DNA of 64,000 nt from Candidatus Cloacimonadales bacterium (GTDB lineage Bacteria; Cloacimonadota; Cloacimonadia; G963667145), in NCBI GenBank assembly GCA_965140615.1, contig OZ223280.1, positions 770,763-834,762 of the forward strand, given 5' to 3'. Position numbers and translations under genes: made by a program. Below the pieces are notes generated by a model. The model saw only the letters and a list, made by a program, of their open reading frames with translations, ran no database searches and was not told the DNA's origin. Shown piece by piece: positions 9,424-20,102 of the stretch (its first letter is position 1; each line of letters opens with the position of its first letter).

Positions 9424-10194
9424 TCAAAGATTTTCGCCTCGGCAAATCTTAATACCTTCTGAAGCTCCTATTCTATTTGCTCCCGCTTTTAGCAAAGCCA
9501 AAGCTGTGGCTCTATCGCGAATACCTCCAGAGGCTTTCACGCCCATCTTATTGCCGACCACCATACGCATCAAGGCTACATCTTGTTTGCGAGCTCCAGC
9601 GGTAGAAAAACCTGTGGAAGTTTTCACAAAATCTGCTCCCTCTTTTTTCGCCAATAAACAAGCAATAATCTTCTCGTCTTCGCTTAATAAGCAAGTCTCT
9701 ATTATAACTTTCAGCTTTGCTCCAAAATTATGGCACTCTCTAGCTAATAGGTTTATCTCTTTTTGCACTTTGTTTAAATTGTTATCTTTCAAAGCTCCAA
9801 TATTTATCACCATATCCACTTCGTTTGCCCCTGCTTCCAGAACTTCTTTCGTCTCTGCGAGCTTCACCTCTGGCGTGCAAGCACCCAAAGGAAAGCCGAC
9901 CACACAACACAATGGTACAGTTGGCAAATGCTTCTTTGCCTCTTTCGCCCATACAGGATTAACGCAGACGCTGGCAAATTTGTACTCCTGAGCCTGTTTA
10001 CACAAGCGAACGATATCAACTTTTGTTGCCTCTGGCTTTAGCAAGGTGTGGTCTACATATTGTGCTAAGTTTTCCATATCTTTTGCTATTTGGTCTGGCT
10101 CTTCCGCTCTCTCTTTTTCCCAAAGAAGAAACTCTTTTTGACCATTTTTACCAAAGATATTTCGGATCTCTTGTTCTACTTTTTCATTCCCCAT
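9424..10194 (-). CDS. deoC: Deoxyribose-phosphate aldolase
   Basis: DHTLLKP, GFPLG, KVIIET, FVKTSTGF, VKASGG and RIGAS motifs. Confidence 0.96.
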   Translation of the reverse strand: MGNEKVEQEIRNIFGKNGQKEFLLWEKERAEEPDQIAKDMENLAQYVDHTLLKPEATKVDIVRLCKQAQEYKFASVCVNPVWAKEAKKHLPTVPLCCVVGFPLGACTPEVKLAETKEVLEAGANEVDMVINIGALKDNNLNKVQKEINLLARECHNFGAKLKVIIETCLLSEDEKIIACLLAKKEGADFVKTSTGFSTAGARKQDVALMRMVVGNKMGVKASGGIRDRATALALLKAGANRIGASEGIKICRGENL

Positions 10195-10195
10195 T

Positions 10196-11437
10196 TTACC
10201 CTCTTATCTGTCCATCACCATCGATCACATATTTATAAGTTACCAATTCACTCAACCCCATCGGTCCTCTAGCGTGCATCTTTTGCGTGCTGATACCCAT
10301 CTCACAACCATAGCCAAACACAGAACCGTCTGTAAATCTAGTGGAAGCATTTACATACACCGCAGCAGCATCCACCTCTACTTGAAACTTTTTACAAGCG
10401 TTATAGTCGCTACTTACTATCGCCTCGGAATGTAAGCTCCCATAGCGGTTTATATGCTCTATGGCATGGTCGATGCCGTCTACGACCTTTACTGCCAAGA
10501 TCAAGTCCAAAAACTCCTGTTCCCAGTCGCTCTCTTGTGCTGGCGTGCATATTATCATCTCTTGCGTAGTGGCACAACCTCTTATCTCCACCTTGTCTGC
10601 AAGCCTCTGAGCCAAAGCTGGCAAAAACTCGCTAGCCACAATCTTGTCCACCAGTACCGTCTCGCAAGCGTTACACACGCCCGGTCTTTGTGTCTTAGCA
10701 TTTTCGATAATGCTTAATGCCATCTGCTGGTCAGCACTAGCGTGCACATATGTGTGGCAGTTGCCTACGCCTGTCTCGATAGTCTTGACCTTGGCGTTGC
10801 TTACCACCATCTGTATGAGTCCAGCTCCTCCTCGGGGGATTATCAAGTCGATGTACTGCGTAAGTTTAAGCATCTGCTCTACCTGCTTCCTGTCCGCTTT
10901 TTCTAGGAGTTGCACCACCTCGGGCGAGATGCTACTCTTGGCAAGCCCATGCTTTATTGCCCTCACCAGTGCGATGTTGGAGTGCAAGGCGGAAGAGCTT
11001 CCCCTTAGTAAGATCGCGTTACCGCTCTTGAGTGCTAAAGCGAATGCGTCCACAGTTACATTGGGTCGTGACTCATAAATCATCCCCAGCACGCCCATAG
11101 GCACGCTCACTCTCCTTATCTTCAGTCCATTATCTATCTGCCAACCTTCGGATATTCTGCCCACTGGGTCTTTTAGTTTTGCCACTTCTCGCAAGCTCTC
11201 ACTTATAGCTTTCACCCTTTGTTCGTCCAGCAATAATCTGTCCAACAACGATTCGCTCATTCCAGCTTTTTGGGCAGCTTGCACATCTAAGGCATTGGCT
11301 TGCAAGATGGGCGACATCTGTGCCAATAGCTCATCTGCTACCAAAAGCAACGCTTTATTCTTCTCTGCGGGCTCGCATCTGAGTAAAAAGGACTTCGCCT
11401 CTTTTAGCAGTTTAGCTTTTCGGATTAACTCTTCCAT
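10196..11437 (-). CDS. proA: Gamma-glutamyl phosphate reductase
   Basis: IYESRPNVT, IPRGG, GVCNACET, NASTRF and KMHARGP motifs. Confidence 0.97.
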   Translation of the reverse strand: MEELIRKAKLLKEAKSFLLRCEPAEKNKALLLVADELLAQMSPILQANALDVQAAQKAGMSESLLDRLLLDEQRVKAISESLREVAKLKDPVGRISEGWQIDNGLKIRRVSVPMGVLGMIYESRPNVTVDAFALALKSGNAILLRGSSSALHSNIALVRAIKHGLAKSSISPEVVQLLEKADRKQVEQMLKLTQYIDLIIPRGGAGLIQMVVSNAKVKTIETGVGNCHTYVHASADQQMALSIIENAKTQRPGVCNACETVLVDKIVASEFLPALAQRLADKVEIRGCATTQEMIICTPAQESDWEQEFLDLILAVKVVDGIDHAIEHINRYGSLHSEAIVSSDYNACKKFQVEVDAAAVYVNASTRFTDGSVFGYGCEMGISTQKMHARGPMGLSELVTYKYVIDGDGQIRG

Positions 11438-11447
11438 CGCTTCCTTC

Positions 11448-11897
11448 TTAGTCTCTTTTCAATAAGATTAGCTCTACGCCCGCTTCTTGTAATATTTGCT
11501 TAGCTAAATCGTCTTGATAATCGTCGGCAATATAAATTTTCTTTATCTCCGCGTTTACCAGTATCTTCGCACAGATGCTGCAAGGTGAGTTCGTACAATA
11601 CAGCACCGCTCCCGAGATTGACACTCCGTTCACCGCAGCTTGGATAACCGCATTTTGTTCGGCGTGTACTGCCCTACATATCTCGTGCCGTTGCCCAGAT
11701 GGTATTTTCAGCTCTTGCCGCAGACACCCCTTTAGTTTGCAATGCTCCAGCCCTTTGGGAGAGCCATTATAACCCGTAGAAAGTATCTGCTTATTTTTGA
11801 CGATGATGGCTCCCACCTGTCGCCTTAGACAAGTTGACCTTTTAGCTACCACTTTGGTAATCTCCATAAAATACTCGTGCCAATCCAGCCTGCTCAT
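11448..11897 (-). CDS. dCMP deaminase / ComEB family Zn deaminase
   Basis: RSTC..RQVGA, TGYNG, HAEQNA and PCSIC motifs. Confidence 0.92.
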   Translation of the reverse strand: MSRLDWHEYFMEITKVVAKRSTCLRRQVGAIIVKNKQILSTGYNGSPKGLEHCKLKGCLRQELKIPSGQRHEICRAVHAEQNAVIQAAVNGVSISGAVLYCTNSPCSICAKILVNAEIKKIYIADDYQDDLAKQILQEAGVELILLKRD

Positions 11898-13132
11898 ATT
11901 AACTCCCATTCTCTAAAAAGCTCTTCTACTATCAGTAGCTTAAAACAATTTAGCTTTTCTTTTAGCTCTTCCTTACTTTCTCCATCCAAAGTTACACCTT
12001 GCGTGTTAAAAATAGAAGAAGACAAGCAAACGACCTTCCTGCTTCCGTTTATCTGGTTCAAAATATCTTCCGCAGTCAAAAGCCCGCTCACGGTTACCGA
12101 TGTACCAAAAAAGTGGTTCTTAACCTTTACCACTTCCGTTAAAATTTTTGTGTCAATCTTTATTTGCAAACTTATTTTCTCAATAATCTTTCCGATAGAC
12201 TCTCCACAAACAAAAATAACCTCCGTGTCTAAAGATTTTACAAGTCTGTAGAATTTTTGCCTATTTTCTTCCCAGCCTGAAATCATCTGCCTCACTAAAC
12301 CTATCCCGTTTTCTAATTGTGGAAAATCTTGATAATAAGCAAAATCGGGCAATGGCAAATCGCCCCGCAAATAAAGTTCATCCGCACAGTACACTCTTTC
12401 AAATTTACTGGCTGTATCTATCGCTTTTTTGGCTTCTTGTGGGGTTAGTTTTCGTAGTGGAGGCAATCCTTGGCGATGCTTGGTCAAGCCCACTGGCACT
12501 ATGCCTATCGATTCTGGCTCGAACCTCTGCAAGCGTTGCAAGGTGCTAGTCAGCTCTTGCCCATCGTTGTAACCGGGGACAAGCACTATCTGGAAATGAA
12601 AGCGGATACCAGCTTTAAAAAGTTCTTGCAAAATGGGCTCAATATCCAAAATGCCTCTACCAGCAATCATTTTTTTGCGAATTTCCAAATCTAAACTGTG
12701 TACGGAAACATAAAGCGGAGACAAATTTTGTTCTTTAATTTGTTTAAGATCTTGCGAAGTGATATTGGAAAAAGTTATGAAATTGCCATAAATGAAAGAG
12801 AATAAAAAGTCGTCGTCTCGGAGGTACAAAGTTGACCTCATCCCTTTTGGCAACTGGCGGATAAAGCAAAACACGCAGTCGTTTTGGCACTCCCTGCAGC
12901 GATGTTGATGTGGCACTAATCCCAAAGCCGCTTGCAACTCAATCTGCTTTTGCTTCATCTCTCCGTGGGCAGATTTCCATTCTAGAAAAACGCTAGGATC
13001 AGCACTGTAAAACTGCAAATCTAGGAAGTTATTTATCTGAGCTCCGTTAATAAAAAGTAGTTCGTCTTCTGGCAAAAAGCCGATTTCTTCCGCTGGAGAT
13101 CCGCTAACAACCTCTTTAATCTTTAGGCTCAT
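11894..13132 (-). CDS. PDZ + radical-SAM-like DUF512 protein
   Basis: N-terminal GSPAE PDZ-like segment, CQNDCVFC, RDDD, VPVGLT and QLENGIG motifs. Confidence 0.88.
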   Translation of the reverse strand: MSLKIKEVVSGSPAEEIGFLPEDELLFINGAQINNFLDLQFYSADPSVFLEWKSAHGEMKQKQIELQAALGLVPHQHRCRECQNDCVFCFIRQLPKGMRSTLYLRDDDFLFSFIYGNFITFSNITSQDLKQIKEQNLSPLYVSVHSLDLEIRKKMIAGRGILDIEPILQELFKAGIRFHFQIVLVPGYNDGQELTSTLQRLQRFEPESIGIVPVGLTKHRQGLPPLRKLTPQEAKKAIDTASKFERVYCADELYLRGDLPLPDFAYYQDFPQLENGIGLVRQMISGWEENRQKFYRLVKSLDTEVIFVCGESIGKIIEKISLQIKIDTKILTEVVKVKNHFFGTSVTVSGLLTAEDILNQINGSRKVVCLSSSIFNTQGVTLDGESKEELKEKLNCFKLLIVEELFREWELI

Positions 13133-13142
13133 CTAAAAAAGT

Positions 13143-14276
13143 TTACCGGTAATCCAGCCTCAAAATAGACTCGCTGTTCACCGTGATAAGACTGCCGTTG
13201 TACACCAAGGGCAAAGATTTTTTATTGGTGAACTTCTTATGCCAGACCTCTCTATTGGAGAGCAAATCTATCGCCGTGAAGTAACCTTCTACATCTTGAG
13301 CGTAGGCGTAGCGACCGACCACCATCGTCGGTAATTGGATGTCTCCACCACTTTTTATCTTGCTGATGAGCTTGCCGTTTCGCTTATCAAGGATGTACAG
13401 ATAATCGTCGTACGATCCAACTATCAGTTTGTTTTTGTAGATAGATGGAGAGCCTGTTACCCAATAGCCTGTCCTGTAGCTCCACTTTTCTTTGCCACTG
13501 TTTACATCTAAGCAGTACACATTGTAGTCCCTGCTGCCGATGTACACGCAACCATCGTCTACCACTGGGGCTGTCTCTATGTAATCTTGAGTCGAGAACT
13601 TCCACTTGACCTCGCCCGTAATGAGATCGCTAGCGTACAGGTTGCGGTCGCCGTAGATTACCACTCTGCTTTTTTCGTCTATGGATGGCGATGTGTAGAT
13701 TCTGCCGTCCAGTTTAACCTTCCACACCAGCTCTCCTGTCTTGCAGTTAAGGGCGTATAAATAGCCGTCCCAGCTACCGAAATAGACGATGCCCTCGTAG
13801 GCAACGGCAGAGGCTGTAATGTAATTGTTTGCTTTGAACTTCCAGATAAGCGAGCCGTTAGAAGCGTTAATAGCGTAGAAATATTTGTCGTAGCTCCCCA
13901 CATACACCGTGTTGTTGGCTACTGCCACGCTGGCAGAGTTACGCCGTTTGGTGCGAAAGACCCAGTCGCAAAACCCCGAGCTATAGTTGATAGCCATGAT
14001 GCAGTTTTCGTAGTCGCTCACGATTATCTTTCCATTATAAATCACAGGAGAGGAGTAAACCTCTTTATTCACAGGGTATTGCCAGCGTACCAACGAAGGT
14101 GCTGTAGCTCGCAAAGATTCTGTAAAGTAGTAACCTCTTCTGCCCAAATCCGACTGAAACATACTATTATCGCTGTTTATCTCCGTGGAAATGTTGCGAT
14201 ACCTGCCTTTTATCACTTCTTTACCGCATCCGCACAACACCAAAACCAGCAAGCTCGTTTTAAGCAAAAACTTCAT
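13143..14276 (-). CDS. PQQ-type beta-propeller repeat lipoprotein (BamB-like)
   Basis: Lipobox LCGC; repeated SP.V.dG.VY.GS.D..lYalD..tG...W blades. Confidence 0.85.
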   Translation of the reverse strand: MKFLLKTSLLVLVLCGCGKEVIKGRYRNISTEINSDNSMFQSDLGRRGYYFTESLRATAPSLVRWQYPVNKEVYSSPVIYNGKIIVSDYENCIMAINYSSGFCDWVFRTKRRNSASVAVANNTVYVGSYDKYFYAINASNGSLIWKFKANNYITASAVAYEGIVYFGSWDGYLYALNCKTGELVWKVKLDGRIYTSPSIDEKSRVVIYGDRNLYASDLITGEVKWKFSTQDYIETAPVVDDGCVYIGSRDYNVYCLDVNSGKEKWSYRTGYWVTGSPSIYKNKLIVGSYDDYLYILDKRNGKLISKIKSGGDIQLPTMVVGRYAYAQDVEGYFTAIDLLSNREVWHKKFTNKKSLPLVYNGSLITVNSESILRLDYR

Positions 14277-15633
14277 CTTTTCCTCCCAGAATTTGCCCTG
14301 CTAAAGGGGTTTTATCTTTTACCAACATATCTATTTTTTTGGCAATCTCTTGTATCTCCCACTGAGCGTGCTTGTCAGCTCTTAATCTGGAAAAGTGGTA
14401 AAGCTCCCTCAAGTTGGTCTTGAATATCACCGACGTTTTGTGAGCGTTTGTCAAAATATAGTTGCCAAGCCCTTTCTGGTAGGCTTCCAGCTCAAAATAA
14501 AGGTCGTTAGTCTGCTTTATCACTTTGTCTATCTGGGCATCCATCTGCAAAGATTTGATAAGCTCTGGGGTTACAAACCCTTTGCTGGGATGATAACCAG
14601 ATTTGAGCATCGTCCCCATTCTATGCCTTTTGAGTTGCCCAAAACAGCAGGCAGAACAGCAGATCTCAAAAGTGAAGTCGGCTAGCTCAAAACCTCTGGG
14701 CATCGCAGAGTAAAGCTTAGCATTGCTAAAAAGCTCTTGGAACACCTTTTGCTTCTGGGCAAGAGGTTGTTCAGCTATCCACAGCTTGGTCTGTTGGTGG
14801 GTAAGCCCTGCATCCAGCAGGATGCCCTCCAGTACGACATCATCGGGGGCTGGCGAGCACCACAAGAGCCTCACCTGATGCATGCTAGTGATTTGCTCTA
14901 GAGGGGCTAACTTGGGAAAGTACCGAGCAAAATCGTCGGCACTCGTGTAGCGAATCAACGACGGAGCAACTTTCTTCGCCTCAGCCTCCAACTTCTCCAT
15001 TAGAGCCTTGGCTTCCAGCGACTCCAGCTTATCTAGCCTCACCAGCAATTTTTGCAAGGATCTAGCGTTAAGGGTCATCCCCATCTGGGTTTGCGTGGTA
15101 AGGGACAAGAAATAGCGAGCATCCTCTTTGGCTTTTCCGTACAACTCCCTTTTACTTCCCACAAACTTGTCTGCTTCCAGCTTTTGCTTAGCTTTTTCGT
15201 ACAAAGCAAAGTAAAGCTCGTTTTGCTCTTTTATAGTTGATGCGAACTTCTCTGCTAGCTTCGTGCCAGCTATCTCTTGTGGCAGGTAATAGTCGCCTGC
15301 CAAAGTTACATATCTTTGAGACTTTTCCGTGAAAGAAGCCAAACGGCTTCGCTGGATGAACTCGGTCAAGTATCGCGAAACGCCTATCAAGTCAAAGTTA
15401 AAAACCGTATGCTCGGCTACAGACGAATGTCCCATCTCGAAGACGATGCTCTGGTTGGATTGCTTCGCTTTTTCTATGTCTTGTATGGCTTCCTCTCGCA
15501 ACTGACTGACGCTCTTCTTGCTCCTGCTAATGCGAGCGTAAGCTGCCGAAATCGTCTCAGGCGTTGTTTTCTCGCTCTTCGGCTTGCCTATTAGGGCAAC
15601 ATCCAGATTATAGCCAGAGAGGATAACTTCCAT
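14260..15633 (-). CDS. thyX: FAD-dependent thymidylate synthase (two-domain form)
   Basis: GHSSVAEH, RSR.ASFTEKSQRY, EDARY, a second LKRHR and HAQWEI. Confidence 0.9.
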   Translation of the reverse strand: MEVILSGYNLDVALIGKPKSEKTTPETISAAYARISRSKKSVSQLREEAIQDIEKAKQSNQSIVFEMGHSSVAEHTVFNFDLIGVSRYLTEFIQRSRLASFTEKSQRYVTLAGDYYLPQEIAGTKLAEKFASTIKEQNELYFALYEKAKQKLEADKFVGSKRELYGKAKEDARYFLSLTTQTQMGMTLNARSLQKLLVRLDKLESLEAKALMEKLEAEAKKVAPSLIRYTSADDFARYFPKLAPLEQITSMHQVRLLWCSPAPDDVVLEGILLDAGLTHQQTKLWIAEQPLAQKQKVFQELFSNAKLYSAMPRGFELADFTFEICCSACCFGQLKRHRMGTMLKSGYHPSKGFVTPELIKSLQMDAQIDKVIKQTNDLYFELEAYQKGLGNYILTNAHKTSVIFKTNLRELYHFSRLRADKHAQWEIQEIAKKIDMLVKDKTPLAGQILGGKDEVFA

Positions 15634-15635
15634 TT

Positions 15636-16379
15636 TTAAAATTGCTCGAAATTGTGTTGTAAAAAACTGTTCCCGAGGTAAACCTCGCGGGCTTTGGGGT
15701 CGTTTACTAATTCGGCAGAAGTGCCAGAAAAGAGGATTTTTCCATCAAAAACGATATAAGCTCTTTGTACGATTTTGAGCGTCTCTATCACATTGTGGTC
15801 GGTTATCAGCACGCCAATATTTTTCTCGCCAAGCTTTTTGATGATTTTTTGGATATCTTCCACAGCTTTGGGATCGACCCCAGCAAAAGGCTCGTCCAAC
15901 AGCAAAAAGGATGGATTGGTTACCAAAGCTCTGGTTATCTCCAATTTCCGCCTCTCGCCACCAGAGAGTGTGTATGCCTTTTGTTTGCTCAGCTTGGTCA
16001 GGTCTAGGTCAGCCAAAAGTTCATCCAACCTTCGCTTTTTTTCCGCCTTTGAAATCTTGAGCATCTCTAAGATAGCCATCACATTTTGCTCCACGGTAAG
16101 ATTATGAAAGATAGACGGTTGCTGTGCCAAATAGCCAATGCCGAGCCTTGCTCTTTTGTACATTGGCAGGTGATTTATTAGTTTACCGTTATACAGTATT
16201 TTACCCTCTGTCGCTTTGATAAGCCCCAGCACTATGTAAAAAGTGGTCGACTTGCCAGCTCCATTGGGACCCATTATGCCCACACACTCACCTTGTGCGA
16301 TGCTCACGCTAATGTCCCGCAATACCAGCTTCGAGCCGTAATACTTTACGATATTCTCAATCTTTATTTCATTATTCAT
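15636..16379 (-). CDS. lptB: LPS export ABC transporter ATPase
   Basis: GPNGAGKST, LPMYKRARLG, LSGGE, DEPFAGVDP, ITDHN and VYLG motifs. Confidence 0.95.
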   Translation of the reverse strand: MNNEIKIENIVKYYGSKLVLRDISVSIAQGECVGIMGPNGAGKSTTFYIVLGLIKATEGKILYNGKLINHLPMYKRARLGIGYLAQQPSIFHNLTVEQNVMAILEMLKISKAEKKRRLDELLADLDLTKLSKQKAYTLSGGERRKLEITRALVTNPSFLLLDEPFAGVDPKAVEDIQKIIKKLGEKNIGVLITDHNVIETLKIVQRAYIVFDGKILFSGTSAELVNDPKAREVYLGNSFLQHNFEQF

Positions 16380-16385
16380 AAGTCT

Positions 16386-17510
16386 TTAATTACTAAATTT
16401 AAATACACCTTTTACTTTTTCACTCTTCATCGTCATATATTCCAATCTTTTGCTCTCGCTAAGGCGCAAAAGCAGCGTATCTCCATATATCTTGTTTACA
16501 GATACCCCAGAGCTGTCTTCGTTAATAAGACTCAACGCTACATTCTCCGTAGCAACTATCTTCTTTAGGTTAGAGTTGTAGAAGTCTAAATCTACCTTTC
16601 CAGAGGTCAACCTATTATCAAAACTTTTTCCTTCGCCTGAAGGAAAATCCACTTCGCAATCTTCTTCCAAGACGATGTTTTCTATATTTTTAAAAGATAA
16701 ATCTGAGTAAAAGTAAAACCTTTTTGCTTTGGCGTTCAACTTATCGGAATAAAATTTTGGCTCTCCTAGCAAAATAACTTTCTTTTCTTCGCTTAGATAG
16801 ATAAGCTCTTCGCTCTCTGTTCGATGGTAAGTAGAAAAGGTCTTCACCCCGTATCTTGCTCTTGCTTTGTTGTGTCCATCCAAAATCTCTATTTTCTTTG
16901 CTATCAGCTTAGTAGAGTCGTCGCTCGTGGAAAAGATTTCTGGGTCTTCCACCAGATAGCCTTGCTTTGTTTTTAGGTTGTACCGCAATTTCCCACAATA
17001 GATTTTTAGTTGTCGCTCTTCGTCGTAAACCCTCACATCTTTATCCGCTTTCATTTGCCCTGTTTTGCGGTCTATCTCTGCTCGATGACAAGAAAAAGTT
17101 TTTATCAAATCGCTTTTTGAGGTTTCCACTTTAATAAAAACATTCTCTATCAAGTAAACCTTATCTTCTTTTTTGAAGTAAGTTACATCTTCGGCTTTTA
17201 CAGTTATTGTATCTTTTATTATCTTTACATTACCCAAAAGACGCACTCGTTGTTGAGTCTCATAAATCTCAGCTTTATCGCTATAAAACTCTATCTCATC
17301 ATAAAAAAAATGAACATTCCCTCTCATCTGAGAAACAATCTCATTGTTCTTTTTTTTTAATTTGAGCACATCGGAATTGATAATTCGGTAGTTTTTTTTG
17401 CTCTTTTTTACTTCTCTTTTTTCTAAACTTTTTACCTTGGCAGCGTAGGAAAAACTAACAAGCAAAAATACGAAAAAGCTAAAAGTTAAGGTTCTTACTC
17501 TCAACCTCAC
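16386..17510 (-). CDS. LptA/OstA beta-jellyroll protein (extended)
   Basis: Signal peptide and repeated GNV motifs; lies between lptC and lptB. Confidence 0.75.
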   Translation of the reverse strand: MRLRVRTLTFSFFVFLLVSFSYAAKVKSLEKREVKKSKKNYRIINSDVLKLKKKNNEIVSQMRGNVHFFYDEIEFYSDKAEIYETQQRVRLLGNVKIIKDTITVKAEDVTYFKKEDKVYLIENVFIKVETSKSDLIKTFSCHRAEIDRKTGQMKADKDVRVYDEERQLKIYCGKLRYNLKTKQGYLVEDPEIFSTSDDSTKLIAKKIEILDGHNKARARYGVKTFSTYHRTESEELIYLSEEKKVILLGEPKFYSDKLNAKAKRFYFYSDLSFKNIENIVLEEDCEVDFPSGEGKSFDNRLTSGKVDLDFYNSNLKKIVATENVALSLINEDSSGVSVNKIYGDTLLLRLSESKRLEYMTMKSEKVKGVFKFSN

Positions 17511-18042
17511 CTTCTCCTTTTATATTGTCTAATTTTGCCGAGTTTAACTCTATATCTGTAAACAAGTTGTTGCCATACATCACATTTTCTCCGCGGGTTA
17601 TTTTTACATTTTCTTGAGTGAAGATGCTGTTGTTTGCCAAGTTCCAATAAAGCTTCGTCGTTTCTAGTACCCCGTTTTCACTTAATATTTTAACATTGCT
17701 TCTGGCTTCTAGCATCTTCTTCACCTCGTTTATCTCAGCACTATCGGCTGTCATTGTCGATATAATCCGATCGTTGTCATCAAAAGCAAAAATTTCTATC
17801 TCTTTAGCAAATATCTGCTTCTTTTTAGCAAATTCTGTGATGTGTTTAGCTTTTAAATACCAGTTAATTTTTTCGTTTTCAAGAGAAATTAAAGTTACCG
17901 TGTCGCTAGTTTTTTCTGGTAATTCGTCCTTTCCTTTAAATTTCTTGTTGCGTTTAAGGATGTCTTCACCTTTCACACATCCCAAAAAAAACAAGCTAAG
18001 AAAGAGAATTAGATAAACTTTTGATAAAACTATTTTGTGCAT
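17479..18042 (-). CDS. lptC: LPS export protein LptC
   Basis: N-terminal anchor with LGC; LET..LYW and ADSA motifs; kdsC-lptC-lptA-lptB synteny. Confidence 0.85.
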   Translation of the reverse strand: MHKIVLSKVYLILFLSLFFLGCVKGEDILKRNKKFKGKDELPEKTSDTVTLISLENEKINWYLKAKHITEFAKKKQIFAKEIEIFAFDDNDRIISTMTADSAEINEVKKMLEARSNVKILSENGVLETTKLYWNLANNSIFTQENVKITRGENVMYGNNLFTDIELNSAKLDNIKGEGEVESKNLNF

Positions 18043-18529
18043 CTTTTAGCTCTTTTTTAGATTTTAATATATAGTCTATCACCTCTCTTACGCAACCTTT
18101 GCCTCCAGTCTTATCACATACATAGTCAACCTTACTAAAAAGAAATTGGTTAGCATCAGCAGGGCAAGCACTAAATTTTGCTTTAGACAAACATTGAAAG
18201 TCGTTCAAATCGTCTCCAATATAAGCGATATTTTCCCAGTCTAAACTCAGCTCTATCCTAATATCATTTAAAACTTTTAGTTTATTTTTTACTCCTTGGA
18301 ATAAAAGCTTAATCCCTAAATCTTGGCATCTTTTTTCTAACGCTTCACTTTTTTTTCCTGTTATTATTGCTATGCTGTAACCATACTGCTGAAACATTGC
18401 GATACCTAATCCATCTTTAGTATTAAAATCTTTCACCTCATCCGGGTGTCCATAGTAAAAATGCCCTTGAGTTAGCACTCCGTCGCAATCTAAAACTAAA
18501 AGTTTTATGTGTTTAGCTTTGCGTCGCAT
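17996..18529 (-). CDS. kdsC: KDO-8-phosphate phosphatase
   Basis: LDCDGVLT, KDGLG, YIGDDLND and GGKGCVRE HAD motifs. Confidence 0.92.
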   Translation of the reverse strand: MRRKAKHIKLLVLDCDGVLTQGHFYYGHPDEVKDFNTKDGLGIAMFQQYGYSIAIITGKKSEALEKRCQDLGIKLLFQGVKNKLKVLNDIRIELSLDWENIAYIGDDLNDFQCLSKAKFSACPADANQFLFSKVDYVCDKTGGKGCVREVIDYILKSKKELKDAQNSFIKSLSNSLS

Positions 18530-19026
18530 TTCAGCTTATCCAATTTGCTTTTAATTTTTAACTGTTGGAGTTTATCAAGGTAATCTATAAAAAGTTTGCC
18601 TTCTAAGTGGTCGTTCTCGTGCTGGATAGCCACAGCTAACAATCCTTCAGCCTCTAATTTAAATTTCTTTCCTTTTATATCTTGAGCTTCCACTTTTACA
18701 AACTCAGCTCTTGGAATTTCGGCATATATACCAGGAATACTCAAACAACCTTCTTCTCCTACAGCTTTTCCTTCTAATCTTAAAATTTTAGGGTTTATAA
18801 AAACTTTCAAATCATTTTTTTTAGAACTCACATCTATTATGAAAATATTTAAATTTTTCCCTATCTGTGGAGCAGCTAGACCTACGCCGCTATTATTATA
18901 CATAGTTTCTTTCATTTTTTCTATTAAATATTTAATAGAATTATCTATATTTTCAACCTTAAAACTGCTCTTACGCAATACATCTTGTCCATAAATAAAA
19001 ATAGGTAAATTGTTCTTAGTTTTCAT
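18505..19026 (-). CDS. def: Peptide deformylase
   Basis: GVGLAAPQIG, EGCLS and QHENDHLEG motifs. Confidence 0.97.
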   Translation of the reverse strand: MKTKNNLPIFIYGQDVLRKSSFKVENIDNSIKYLIEKMKETMYNNSGVGLAAPQIGKNLNIFIIDVSSKKNDLKVFINPKILRLEGKAVGEEGCLSIPGIYAEIPRAEFVKVEAQDIKGKKFKLEAEGLLAVAIQHENDHLEGKLFIDYLDKLQQLKIKSKLDKLKCDAKLNT

Positions 19027-19321
19027 TTTCTCCAGTTTTTAATATTTTAGTAGCTATAGAAGATTTTAAAAAATCTATTTTAACATTATCGCTAACTTTG
19101 ATAGAAATAATGTTTTTTTCAGCTTTTATATTAGCAACAACTCCATACATTCCTCCGTTTGTTATTACTTTGTCGCCAATTTTAAGCTCTTCTAGCATTG
19201 TTTTATGTTCTTTTTGTCTTTTCTTTTGTGGTCTTATTATTAGAAACCAAATAATTGCAATCATAGCTACAAACGGTAGCATTCCCATTATGTTTTGTTG
19301 TGCTAAAAATAAATAGTTCAT
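19016..19321 (-). CDS. yajC: Preprotein translocase subunit YajC
   Basis: TM segment + IRPQKKRQK and GDKVITNGGMYG. Confidence 0.95.
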   Translation of the reverse strand: MNYLFLAQQNIMGMLPFVAMIAIIWFLIIRPQKKRQKEHKTMLEELKIGDKVITNGGMYGVVANIKAEKNIISIKVSDNVKIDFLKSSIATKILKTGENEN

Positions 19322-19334
19322 ATATTTCTCCTGT

Positions 19335-20102
19335 TTAATTATATTTTAAATTTATTACTACTTTATTATTTTTTTTTAATTTTTCAAGCTCTTTATTTAA
19401 CAATTTTTCTCTATTTCTTTTTATTAAAATAGTTTGGATTTCATCCTTTACTTGATCAAAACTTTGTTGTATTTTGAATTCTTTCTTATCATACCATCTC
19501 CCTATGATATAACCATCTGGCGTGTCTATCCATATATATTTGTTTTTTTCGGTTTTTGTTAGTTTTTCCCAGACAATATCTTTTATACTATTTTTATCTA
19601 CAAATCCTGTGTATCCTCCATTTTTCCCGTAAATATCTTCTGAAAATTGTTTAGCTAAATCGCTAAATTTTATTCCAGTGTTTTGTGATATTTTGTTTAT
19701 TATTAAACCCTTTTTGGTTTTATTCGATACATATATTTTTTGAAATTTATATTTTATTATAGTTTTGTAAAAATTTTGATAGTTTGCTTTATAATAATCC
19801 AATAACTCTTTCTTTTCTATTTTTTTATTTCTTAATATATTTGATATAAAATAGTTAGCTTTTATTTTATCTTTATAATTTTTAGTTTTTAGTTTTATTA
19901 TTTCACTGTCTTTTATTGAACTGGCAAAAAGTTTGATTTTGACCCATTCGTGGATAAACTTTTCTTGATTTTTTTTTTTTATTCTTAATATATTTAAATC
20001 TTTCTGCGTTAGATTTTGATTGTTAACCTTGGCAACAACCTTATCAGAGCTAAAGCATGAAAACAAAAAAAATAAAAGAAAGAAAGACAAAAAAAATTTC
20101 AT
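19335..20102 (-). CDS. Parvulin/SurA-like peptidylprolyl isomerase lipoprotein
   Basis: Lipobox LFSC, VVAKVN and FSDLAKQFSED...GGYTG. Confidence 0.8.
   Translation of the reverse strand: MKFFLSFFLLFFLFSCFSSDKVVAKVNNQNLTQKDLNILRIKKKNQEKFIHEWVKIKLFASSIKDSEIIKLKTKNYKDKIKANYFISNILRNKKIEKKELLDYYKANYQNFYKTIIKYKFQKIYVSNKTKKGLIINKISQNTGIKFSDLAKQFSEDIYGKNGGYTGFVDKNSIKDIVWEKLTKTEKNKYIWIDTPDGYIIGRWYDKKEFKIQQSFDQVKDEIQTILIKRNREKLLNKELEKLKKNNKVVINLKYN

Noticed and set aside
13143..14276. Internal repeats as a CRISPR or tandem DNA array
   Set aside because: These are protein-level beta-propeller blades. I saw no CRISPR array, tRNA or rRNA anywhere in the window.
14260..15633. Double-length ThyX
   Set aside because: Tandem-domain ThyX proteins are already known in several phyla.
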